A stretch of DNA of 64,000 nt from an uncultured Alphaproteobacteria bacterium (GTDB taxonomy: Bacteria > Pseudomonadota > Alphaproteobacteria > Micavibrionales > Micavibrionaceae): assembly GCA_963977495.1 (NCBI GenBank), contig CAXBOT010000001.1:801264-865263 (forward strand). The letters run 5' to 3'. The position numbers and the translations under genes were made by a program. The notes under the pieces were generated by a model. It worked only from the letters and a program-made list of their open reading frames with translations. It had not been told where the DNA came from and did no database searches. Positions 47,101 to 55,573 of the stretch are shown here, piece after piece. Numbering within the stretch: position 1 is the stretch's first letter; each line of letters begins with the position of its first letter.

Positions 47101-47863
47101 AGAGGAAAAAATTCGCTTCCGGGATATCCAAGCGCAGCCTCGAAAAATCATCAGTTCTCCAACATGGAGCGGTATTGAATCCGAACATGTTTGCTACAAC
47201 GCGGGATACACAAACGTCCATGAGTTCATTCCATGGCGTACATTGACTGGTCGCCAGCAGCTTTATCAGGATCATCCATGGATGATTGATTTTGGGGAGG
47301 GGCTAGTCTCCTACCGTCCTCCTATTAACACACGGACTGTACAAACGATGTTGGACAAACACGGAGAAGAATCTCCTACGATTTTGTTGAACTTCATAAC
47401 TCCACACCAAAAATGGGGCATTCACTCAACATACACAGACAACCTGCACATGCTAACCCTTTCTCGCGGTGGCCCAATCGTATGGGTAAGCGAAGTCGAT
47501 GCACAAAAGATCGCGGTAAAGGACAATGATTGGCTGGAAGTTTTCAACACAAACGGGGCGATCATGGCAAGAGCCGTTGTTTCCCAACGTGTGAACGAAG
47601 GCATGATGTTGATGTATCATGCGCAAGAGAAACTTGTTCATACTCCAGGGAGTAAAATTACGAATGCGCGAGGTGGTATTCACAACTCCGTAACCCGAGC
47701 AACAGTCAAGCCCACACATATGATTGGTGCCTATGCACAACTTTCCTATGGGTTTAACTATTATGGAACAGTCGGGTCAAACCGTGATGAATTCGTAATT
47801 GTTAGAAAAGTTGAGAATGTTGATTGGATGGATGAACCAGCACAAGTGGAGGCTGCAGAATGA
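44123..47863 (+). CDS. narG: respiratory nitrate reductase alpha subunit
   Basis: N-terminus [11 protein letters not shown]...[52 protein letters not shown] is nearly identical to enterobacterial NarG; 1246 aa. Confidence 0.98.
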   Translation: [1246 protein letters not shown]

Positions 47864-49488
47864 AAGTACGTGCACAAATTGGTAAGGTTCTAAATCTGGA
47901 CAAATGTATTGGCTGCCATACATGTTCGGTCACATGTAAGAATGTTTGGACGTCACGTGAGGGCGTAGAATATGCCTGGTTTAACAATGTCGAAACCAAA
48001 CCCGGTGTTGGTTATCCGAAAGATTGGGAAAACCAAGACAAATGGAAAGGTGGTTGGAAACGAGGAAAAAACGGTAAAATACACCCTAAACAGGGAAACA
48101 GGTGGCGCATCCTCGCCAATATTTTTGGTAATCCCAGCCTTCCTGAAATAGATGATTATTACGAACCTTTTACATTTGATTATGATCATCTGCAAAAGGC
48201 TCCGGAAATGAAAACCATGCCAACCGCGCGGCCTCGTTCTATGATCACAGGCCAACGGATGGAAAAAATTGAATGGGGTCCTAACTGGGAAGAAATTCTA
48301 GGGACGGAATTTGAACACCGCAAAAAAGACTATAACTTCAAGGATATTGAAAAAGAACTTTACGGTGAATTTGAGAACACATTCATGATGTATCTCCCTC
48401 GCCTTTGTGAACATTGCCTAAACCCCACATGTGTCGCCTCTTGTCCATCAGGATCGATATACAAACGTGAAGAAGACGGTATCGTTCTGGTTGACCAAGA
48501 TAAGTGTCGTGGCTGGCGGATGTGTATTTCCGGATGCCCCTACAAAAAGATTTATTACAACTGGAAAACCGGAAAAGCTGAGAAATGTACATTCTGTTAT
48601 CCCCGTATTGAAAACGGTGAGCCGACGGTATGTTCCGAAACATGCGTTGGTCGCATTCGTTATCTTGGTGTTATGCTTTACGATGCTGATCGTATCGAAG
48701 AGGCTGCGAGTGTGGAAAATGAAGAAGATCTGTACGAAGCTCAATGCGATATCTTTCTGGATCCGCATGATCCGGAAGTTATTGCCCAAGCAAGAAAAGA
48801 TGGCATTCCGGACAACTGGATTGAAGGCGCACAAAATTCTCCTGTCTACAAAATGGCAATGGACTGGAAAGTAGCATTTCCTCTACATCCTGAATATCGT
48901 ACCTTGCCGATGGTTTGGTATATTCCGCCTCTCTCCCCGGTCCAAGCAGCAGCGGAAGCAGGGAAAATACCGACCAGAGAAGATAGCATCATGCCCGATC
49001 TCGATGATATGCGTATTCCTGTAAAATATCTGGCAAATATGTTGACTGGTGGCAAAGAAGAACCTGTGCGTTTTGGTCTTAAGCGAATGATGGCTATGCG
49101 CCACTATATGCGTAGTAAAATGATCGAAAACAAACCAGATACATCAATTCTTGATGAAGTTGATCTAACAACAGACTTAGTCGAGGATATGTACAAGATT
49201 ATGGCTCTGGCGAATTACGAAGATCGCTACGTTATACCAACCGGACATCGAGAAGAAACGCTAGATGCCTTTGGAGAAAGTGGTGGTTGCGGCTTTACTT
49301 TTGGAAATGGTTGCTCTGATCACAGTAATAGTGCCATTGATCTTTTTGAAAGCCCAAAACAAACCCGTGGACGAAGCTCTTCAGCTCCTGATAACAGGGT
49401 TAATACAATTTTTGAACGAGACAAATTCGAGAACATCAAAAAATCAAGCGCTGGCGGTGGTTGCGGCAGCGGTGGCTGCGGATGTTAA
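47860..49488 (+). CDS. narH: respiratory nitrate reductase beta subunit, with Cys/Gly-rich C-terminal tail
   Basis: Fe-S motifs CIGCHTCSVTC, CEHCLNPTCVASC, CRGWRMCISGCP, CTFCYPR; ATGA overlap with narG; ends GGGCGSGGCGC. Confidence 0.97.
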   Translation: MKVRAQIGKVLNLDKCIGCHTCSVTCKNVWTSREGVEYAWFNNVETKPGVGYPKDWENQDKWKGGWKRGKNGKIHPKQGNRWRILANIFGNPSLPEIDDYYEPFTFDYDHLQKAPEMKTMPTARPRSMITGQRMEKIEWGPNWEEILGTEFEHRKKDYNFKDIEKELYGEFENTFMMYLPRLCEHCLNPTCVASCPSGSIYKREEDGIVLVDQDKCRGWRMCISGCPYKKIYYNWKTGKAEKCTFCYPRIENGEPTVCSETCVGRIRYLGVMLYDADRIEEAASVENEEDLYEAQCDIFLDPHDPEVIAQARKDGIPDNWIEGAQNSPVYKMAMDWKVAFPLHPEYRTLPMVWYIPPLSPVQAAAEAGKIPTREDSIMPDLDDMRIPVKYLANMLTGGKEEPVRFGLKRMMAMRHYMRSKMIENKPDTSILDEVDLTTDLVEDMYKIMALANYEDRYVIPTGHREETLDAFGESGGCGFTFGNGCSDHSNSAIDLFESPKQTRGRSSSAPDNRVNTIFERDKFENIKKSSAGGGCGSGGCGC

Positions 49489-49506
49489 TAGGATAGGAAA
49501 ACGATT

Positions 49507-50214
49507 ATGAGAACACTCAAAATTTTAGGCTTCTTACTATCTTACCCTTCAACAGCGCATAAAGAAGTGCTTGAAGAGTGCAAGATGTTTCTTCACAAGG
49601 AAGACTGGCTTTCAAAAAAAGCTATTAAAGACTTAGAAAAATTGATGCAAGAGATTGAGGATCAGGATCTTCTTGATTTACAAGAGTCCTATGTCGAATT
49701 GTTCGACCGAACACCCTCACTCTCCTTGCATCTATTTGAGCATATTCATGGAGACTCCCGTGAACGTGGTCAGGCTCTTGTCGATTTAACTAAAGTCTAT
49801 GAGGATGCCGGATTATTTATGCAGAACGACGAAACCCCTGATTATCTTCCGCTATTTTTAGAATACGTTTCCACGTTGGGTGCTGACGAAATTAAGGACA
49901 ATATGGGTAGTATTGTGAATATAACATCGGCTCTTGGAGAGCGTTTAAAAAATAGAGGCTCCAACTATACTTCTATTTTCATGGCTTTGGCTGAAACAGC
50001 ATCACGTAAAGCTGATCCAGCCGCTATTGAAGACGCCATAAAAAAATCATCCGGAGAAGCCTACAGCTTTGAACAGCTGGATAAGGAGTGGGAAGAACAA
50101 TTTGCGTTTGAAAACACCTCGCAAACGACCGGCCAAAATGATGGTTGTCCGAAAGCCAAAGACATGCTGGCGCGTATAGAGGGATACAAAGAAGAAGAAA
50201 GGGTACAAAAATGA
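49507..50214 (+). CDS. narJ: nitrate reductase molybdenum cofactor assembly chaperone
   Basis: Position between narH and narI; LSYPS...YVELFD, PDYLPLFLEY motifs. Confidence 0.9.
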   Translation: MRTLKILGFLLSYPSTAHKEVLEECKMFLHKEDWLSKKAIKDLEKLMQEIEDQDLLDLQESYVELFDRTPSLSLHLFEHIHGDSRERGQALVDLTKVYEDAGLFMQNDETPDYLPLFLEYVSTLGADEIKDNMGSIVNITSALGERLKNRGSNYTSIFMALAETASRKADPAAIEDAIKKSSGEAYSFEQLDKEWEEQFAFENTSQTTGQNDGCPKAKDMLARIEGYKEEERVQK

Positions 50215-50897
50215 GCGGCTTTTTAGATTATTTCTTGTTCCAGATATTCCCATATATAGCCATAGCGTTCTTTATTCTGGGAAGTATATTACGTTTCGAC
50301 AGAGATCCCTACTCATGGCGCAGTAAGTCCAGTCAAATGTTAAGAAGAAAACAGCTGATTATGGGCAGTATATTATTTCATTTGGGCATTTTGGTTATCT
50401 TGGCAGGTCATGCTGTTGGCTTATTAACGCCGATAGCAGTCTTTGATGCTATGGGCATATCACACGGGGCAAAGCAAGTTTTAGCCATAACAGCAGGGGG
50501 GATTGCTGGTGTCTTTTGTTTTATTGGCTTGGTCATGCTTTTACACCGTCGCCTCTTCGACCCAAGAATTCGCGCAACAAGCTCTATTGCGGATATCACT
50601 ATTCTGGTTCTGCTTTTAGCTCAACTCACACTTGGAATGTGTACAATTCCGTTTTCTATGAACCATCTTGATGGACATGAAATGGTGAAATTTATGGATT
50701 GGGCACAACATATAGCAACGTTCAGAGGGGGGGCACATGAATTTATATCTGATGTTGCCTTAGTCTTTAAGCTACATATTTCACTGGGGTTGTTTATCTT
50801 ATTGATCTTCCCTTTCACACGGCTGGTACATGCTTTAAGTGCTCCGATTGGCTTCGTCGCACGCCCCTATCAAATTGTTCGTAAGAGGGCCTCATGA
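50211..50897 (+). CDS. narI: respiratory nitrate reductase gamma subunit (dihaem b)
   Basis: ATG 50211 (ATGA overlap with narJ stop) gives MSGFLDYFLFQIFPYIAIAFFILG; 5 TM helices; 228 aa. Confidence 0.93.
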   Translation: MSGFLDYFLFQIFPYIAIAFFILGSILRFDRDPYSWRSKSSQMLRRKQLIMGSILFHLGILVILAGHAVGLLTPIAVFDAMGISHGAKQVLAITAGGIAGVFCFIGLVMLLHRRLFDPRIRATSSIADITILVLLLAQLTLGMCTIPFSMNHLDGHEMVKFMDWAQHIATFRGGAHEFISDVALVFKLHISLGLFILLIFPFTRLVHALSAPIGFVARPYQIVRKRAS

Positions 50898-51685
50898 CAA
50901 AAACACTAGCTCCGGGTATCACTGTCAATGGTATTCAGATTACACCTGATGACATTAACGCAGAAGTGCAGTACCACCCTGCAGATAACTTATATGATGC
51001 AAAATACGAGGCTATGAAGGCATTGGTCATTCGAGAATTATTACTCCAAAGAGCTTCAGAGCTAGGCCTGTGCTCCGGCGAACTATCTGTTCAGAGGTCT
51101 GACGAGATTATTGATGCGTTACTTGAGCAAGAAATCACTGTTCCTGAAGCGGATATCGAAACATGCAAACACTATTATAAAAGTAATAAGAACAAGTTTT
51201 TCACCTCCCCCCTCTTTGAGCTTTCACATATTTTATATTTAGCGCCCCCTGATGATAAAGATGCACAAATTGTAGCTAAGGAAAAAGCGCTAGCCGCTTT
51301 AACAAGAATTAATAAAAATCCAAATCTTTTTGAGTCAATTGCTCGTGAAGAGTCAGCCTGCGATTCTTCTTCTGATGGTGGTCGTCTGGGACAGATTAGT
51401 AAGGGACAGACAATGCCTGCATTTGAGATAGCCTTGTTTAAAATGAAAGAGGGAGAAACTAGCTCAGAGCCTGTCCCTACTGAAGTTGGCTACCATATCA
51501 TAAAAGTACATAAAAAAGCCGAAGGGGAACAACTTCCATTTGAGGCAGTTGCAGAATGGATAAAAGATGATCTAACACAAAAAAGCTGGAACGTCGCTTT
51601 CAAACAATACATCCAACTATTAGCAGGACGTACGGACATTAGCGGCTTCCAATTCGAGGGTGTCAAAACGCCCTTAGTGCAATAG
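50894..51685 (+). CDS. PpiC-type peptidyl-prolyl cis-trans isomerase
   Basis: Parvulin core GGRLGQISKGQTMPAFEIALF...GYHIIKV; ATGA overlap with narI stop; same position as the PpiC-type gene after narI in Pseudomonas nar clusters. Confidence 0.85.
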   Translation: MTKTLAPGITVNGIQITPDDINAEVQYHPADNLYDAKYEAMKALVIRELLLQRASELGLCSGELSVQRSDEIIDALLEQEITVPEADIETCKHYYKSNKNKFFTSPLFELSHILYLAPPDDKDAQIVAKEKALAALTRINKNPNLFESIAREESACDSSSDGGRLGQISKGQTMPAFEIALFKMKEGETSSEPVPTEVGYHIIKVHKKAEGEQLPFEAVAEWIKDDLTQKSWNVAFKQYIQLLAGRTDISGFQFEGVKTPLVQ

Positions 51686-51721
51686 CGGCATCCCTCCAAA
51701 CGTGGAAGTACCAACTTTGGC

Positions 51722-52885
51722 ATGCAAACACTATTTAATCACCCTTTTCTAGGACGTGGATTTAGACCTTTCTTTATTATGGGTGCATTATATAGCGTCC
51801 TCAGCCTTGCTTTATGGGGAAGTTTCTATGCCGGGTACTTAATTCCCCCTCTTTTCCTTCTTGATCCGATAGCCTGGCATGCGCATGAGATGCTGTATGG
51901 CTATACAATGGCGATCGTTGCAGGATTTTTGCTCACGGCAGTTGCCAATTGGACAGGCGGTGCTCCTGCAAGGCAAATGCACTTGGCAGGGCTTTGCCTG
52001 CTTTGGATTCTGGGACGAATAGTTATGAATATTGATCTGGGATTATCCTCGCCGATCATATACATAATTGCATCCCTCTTTATACCCGCACTTGCTGTTT
52101 CTTTGGCCATACCGCTCATGAAAAGCTGGAACAAACGAAACTTTATCTTTCTAACACTCTTGAGTGTTCTGTTTACATGCGACCTTTGGTTTTTAATTTC
52201 AAAGAGCATGACTGCCCTTTATGTCGCGCTCATGATGATCATGGTCATGATTTCTCTTATCGGCGGTCGTATTATTCCTGCATTCACAGTAGCCGGACTA
52301 AGACGACGTGACATACATGCCTTTCAGACCCCACAATTGAAAATGGACATTTCTGCACTTGTTTCTTTGGTAGCAGTGACAATATGCCTGATCTTTTTTA
52401 AGGGAACATTTTTACTAACAATCTGCGCCGCCGCATCGTCCATCATTCACGTGGTTCGTATGCGATATTATCATACTTTTAAGACTTTAAGTGATCCAAT
52501 GCTCTGGATACTGCATGTTGGTTATTTGTGGCTTGTTTTAGGTCTTTTCTTACTGGCCTTAACAGGGCTTGAAATCATCAAAATTCCTGTTGTAATCCAT
52601 GCCTTAACGACTGGCTGTATTGGATCAATGACGTTGGGGATGATGTGTCGTGTATCGCTTGGCCACACAGGGCGACCACTGATAGCATCAAAGACGACTA
52701 TTATAGCTTTTGTGCTTATGCAAATTGCTGCTCTTATGAGAGTTTTTGGGCCCTTATTAGCTCCCCACTTGTCATCGAATATATATATAGGATCTGCGAG
52801 CTTATGGTCGACCTGCTTTTTCCTCTTCATCTTGGTTTACAGCCCCATCTTGTGGCAACCAAGACCCGATGGAAGACCTGCTTGA
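51722..52885 (+). CDS. nnrS: NnrS-family haem/copper membrane protein (NO-stress associated)
   Basis: 12-TM protein; N-terminus FNHPFLGRGFRPFFIMGALYSVL and WHAHEMLYGY typical of NnrS. Confidence 0.88.
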   Translation: MQTLFNHPFLGRGFRPFFIMGALYSVLSLALWGSFYAGYLIPPLFLLDPIAWHAHEMLYGYTMAIVAGFLLTAVANWTGGAPARQMHLAGLCLLWILGRIVMNIDLGLSSPIIYIIASLFIPALAVSLAIPLMKSWNKRNFIFLTLLSVLFTCDLWFLISKSMTALYVALMMIMVMISLIGGRIIPAFTVAGLRRRDIHAFQTPQLKMDISALVSLVAVTICLIFFKGTFLLTICAAASSIIHVVRMRYYHTFKTLSDPMLWILHVGYLWLVLGLFLLALTGLEIIKIPVVIHALTTGCIGSMTLGMMCRVSLGHTGRPLIASKTTIIAFVLMQIAALMRVFGPLLAPHLSSNIYIGSASLWSTCFFLFILVYSPILWQPRPDGRPA

Positions 52886-53371
52886 TTGTTTACCCTTTAA
52901 TTGCGTTTTAGATTTTTCTAAACAATACAGGCAGGGATTATTATGCCCTGCGGAATAATTATCTTCGAGCAATAAAGGACATCCCAAGCAATTCTCTACA
53001 CTAAAAGATAATGTTTCTTCATCAAGTTTTTCATGGCCACCAATCTCGATGTGGCTCGCTACAAATGCATATCCGGATATTTCTGCATGGTCTTTTATGA
53101 CGCTAGAACCACGCACAACAGAATGACCTTTTACGCAAGCGCAGTCCTTAACAATTGCATAACCAGATACTTCTGCAGAACCTTTTACAACAGCTTCGTC
53201 CAGGACAACTGCGAGTCCAAAAACGCGAGCCTTCAAACCAACAAAAGCCGTGTCGTCAACTTGAGCGGTATCTGCTACCCATCCAAGTCCATTGAAGTGC
53301 TGATGAGCTAAAACCGGACCGTTACCGTCCCCAAAGTCATGATATGAAGATGTTTTATAGTTTTTTTGCAT
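52802..53371 (-). CDS. hypothetical protein with left-handed beta-helix-like (YdcK-type) repeats and Cys-containing tail
   Basis: ATG at 53371 (MQKNYKTSSY...). Periodic [AVI]-x-[VI]-x-x-x repeats AQVDDTAFVGLKARVFGLAVVLDEAVVKGSAEVSGYAIVKDCACVKGHSVVRGSSVIKDHAEISGYAFV. 3' end overlaps nnrS by 84 nt. Confidence 0.55.
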   Translation of the reverse strand: MQKNYKTSSYHDFGDGNGPVLAHQHFNGLGWVADTAQVDDTAFVGLKARVFGLAVVLDEAVVKGSAEVSGYAIVKDCACVKGHSVVRGSSVIKDHAEISGYAFVASHIEIGGHEKLDEETLSFSVENCLGCPLLLEDNYSAGHNNPCLYCLEKSKTQLKGKQSSRSSIGSWLPQDGAVNQDEEEKAGRP

Positions 53372-53510
53372 AGCGCGTCTCCTCATTTATCAGGTAGAAC
53401 ACCGTAAAACTGCTAAATATAACTATTCTGTAGTGACAGGATTTTAGCATAATTTCAAAATCTGCACAAAAAACTGCACAATTTGAAATTGAAACAATGT
53501 GATAACAGAT

Positions 53511-54215
53511 CTATGATACCCAACCATGCGAGGATATATCACAAAAATCTCTCAGAGATTCGATATCCGAAACTATAATTTTCCCTTTTTCAAGTGCTAC
53601 ACCATAAGGCTCCAGCTTTAAAAGCGCGCGTGAAAATGTTTCCGGCTTTATGTTCAATCTAGAAGATATAATTGATTTATCGTAAGGAAGATAAACAACC
53701 CACTCGCCTTTCGAATCCATCTCTTCTCTTTGACAAAAACGCAACAAAAAAGCACCTACTCTTTGCGGAGCACTACGTGAAGACACTTGTTCGATTTGTT
53801 CAACAAGATAATGTTGACGGGAAGAAATAGCACCCAACATACGTAGGGCGAAACCAGTATCTTCTTCTATTTTTTTAATGAAGTATGTTCTAGGTATTTC
53901 TATAAGAGCGACATCCTCAACGGCTTGTGCACTCACTGGATAAGACTTGGTATCATTGAACACTGCTGCTTCTGCAAAGGATTCTCCTGGCCCAAAAACA
54001 TGAATAATAACTTCTTCCCCCTCTTTAGAAACACGATAGAGTTTAATCCAGCCTTTGAGAATAATAAAAAAATGCTCGGCACTGTCACCCATAGAAAAAA
54101 CACCACGTCCTTTAACAAAGTGCTTTTGATGACAGTGTTTTGCCAGTCGCTCAATGGTTTCCATATCCACGCTATGAAACAAAGGCGTATTTTTGATCGT
54201 TTCAGAAATGTTCAT
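53511..54215 (-). CDS. Crp/Fnr-family regulator, Dnr/NnrR-like (no Fe-S Cys cluster)
   Basis: cNMP-type barrel, HTH with PETFSRALLKL, no N- or C-terminal Cys cluster; sits between nnrS and moaA. Confidence 0.85.
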   Translation of the reverse strand: MNISETIKNTPLFHSVDMETIERLAKHCHQKHFVKGRGVFSMGDSAEHFFIILKGWIKLYRVSKEGEEVIIHVFGPGESFAEAAVFNDTKSYPVSAQAVEDVALIEIPRTYFIKKIEEDTGFALRMLGAISSRQHYLVEQIEQVSSRSAPQRVGAFLLRFCQREEMDSKGEWVVYLPYDKSIISSRLNIKPETFSRALLKLEPYGVALEKGKIIVSDIESLRDFCDISSHGWVS

Positions 54216-54394
54216 AAAGCCTCAAAGTACTATTAAAAAAGACAGTATAGGATAAATTCAGCATTAATGACCATGCAATCTTAAAGTTAAACATTACGTA
54301 ATCTCCCTCCAAATTGTCCATTATAAATGGCCTCTTTTATCTACCAGAAAAAATTAGTATTTACCTGCTAAACTACAAAGATATTTAAGGTCTC

Positions 54395-54408
54395 TTGATC
54401 CAAATCAA
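54395..54408. promoter_or_regulatory. FNR-type box TTGAT-CCAA-ATCAA upstream of the moaA leader
   Basis: Perfect consensus; predicted transcript start (~+41.5) falls just before the riboswitch. Confidence 0.65.
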
Positions 54409-54461
54409 GTTAATTTTCTCGCGTTTTACCATACTGTGCAAAGAAAGTTAGCCGTGTTGAT

Positions 54462-54578
54462 TTGATACGGCGCTCCGAGCCCTTATGACCTAAGTCTTTT
54501 CGCAGCGAAGATATGGAATATTGGCCGGGGTCGAGAGTGGAAACATCTCGGCCTCCCGTGTTTGGAAAGGAGACTAAA
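54462..54578 (+). ncRNA. molybdenum-cofactor (Moco) riboswitch in the moaA leader
   Basis: CGCTCCGAGCC ... GGCCGGGG ... GGAAAC ... GGCCTCCCG ... AAAGGAG(RBS)-N8-ATG. These blocks are in the order I recall for the moaA/Moco RNA motif. The 3' strand overlaps the SD. Confidence 0.75.
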
Positions 54579-54580
54579 GC

Positions 54581-55570
54581 ATGAATATCCAACCGCAAAT
54601 TGCGGACAATTTTGGACGAAGATTTCCCTACTTGCGCCTGTCTTTGACGGATGTGTGTAATTTTAAGTGCACGTACTGTCTACCTGATGGATATAAAAAG
54701 TCCGGATGTGAGAGCTTTCTTAACCAAGAAGAAATTGCGCGACTTGTCACTGCTTTTGCTGCTCTGGGGGTTTGGAAAATCAGGCTAACAGGAGGAGAGC
54801 CCACGGTTCGTTCCGATTTTTTAGAAATTACACAGAGAATTGCTCAAACGCCCGGCATCGAAAAACTCGCTTTTACAACTAACGGATACAAATTACCGAA
54901 ACGTGCACAAAGTTATTATGATGCGGGACTTCGGGCCATCAATGTTAGTATTGATTCACTCAACTCAACTCAATTCAAGACCATTACCGGGCATGATCGG
55001 TTAGAAGAAATTCTTGAAGGTATTGAGGCTTGCTATGATGCCGGATTTAAGACAGTAAAAATTAACACCGTATTGTTAAAAGGGCTTAACGATAAAGAAC
55101 TCGAAGGATTTATTGAGTTTGTACATGACAAACCTCTTTCATTGCGTTTTATCGAATTAATGCGCACACACGATAATCAAAATTATTTTAAAACGCACCA
55201 CTTACCTGGCTCTCATGTGACAGACCGGTTGTTATCTCAAGGCTGGCAAATGAAAGAACAAGAGGAAGGGGCGGGCCCTGCCATTGAATTTCAACACCCA
55301 AAAAGCTTAGGAACCATTGGCCTAATTGCACCCTATTCCAAAGATTTTTGTAAAAGCTGCAACAGATTGCGTATGTCGGCAAAAGGAGCATTGCATTTAT
55401 GTTTATTTGGGGAAGGTGGATATTCGCTTAGGCATTTATTGCAATCGGATGACCAGCAAGAGGAATTAAAAAGCAATATTATGGATCTCATGAATTATAA
55501 AAAGTCGGCACATTTTCTACATGATGATAACAGTGGTGTGCGTGACCATTTAGCAAGTATAGGAGGATAA
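54581..55570 (+). CDS. moaA: GTP 3',8-cyclase (radical SAM)
   Basis: LTDVCNFKCTYCLP; C-terminal cluster CKSCNRLRMSAKGALHLC; ends GG. Confidence 0.95.
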   Translation: MNIQPQIADNFGRRFPYLRLSLTDVCNFKCTYCLPDGYKKSGCESFLNQEEIARLVTAFAALGVWKIRLTGGEPTVRSDFLEITQRIAQTPGIEKLAFTTNGYKLPKRAQSYYDAGLRAINVSIDSLNSTQFKTITGHDRLEEILEGIEACYDAGFKTVKINTVLLKGLNDKELEGFIEFVHDKPLSLRFIELMRTHDNQNYFKTHHLPGSHVTDRLLSQGWQMKEQEEGAGPAIEFQHPKSLGTIGLIAPYSKDFCKSCNRLRMSAKGALHLCLFGEGGYSLRHLLQSDDQQEELKSNIMDLMNYKKSAHFLHDDNSGVRDHLASIGG

Positions 55571-55573
55571 GTT

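Noticed and set aside
53487-53501. TTGAA-ATTG-AAACA as a ninth FNR box
   Set aside because: Both half-sites deviate (TTGAA / AAACA), unlike the eight near-perfect sites.
54410-54598. 62-aa ORF on the minus strand upstream of moaA
   Set aside because: It lies antisense to the Moco riboswitch leader, has no RBS or recognisable motif, and the region is better explained as structured RNA.
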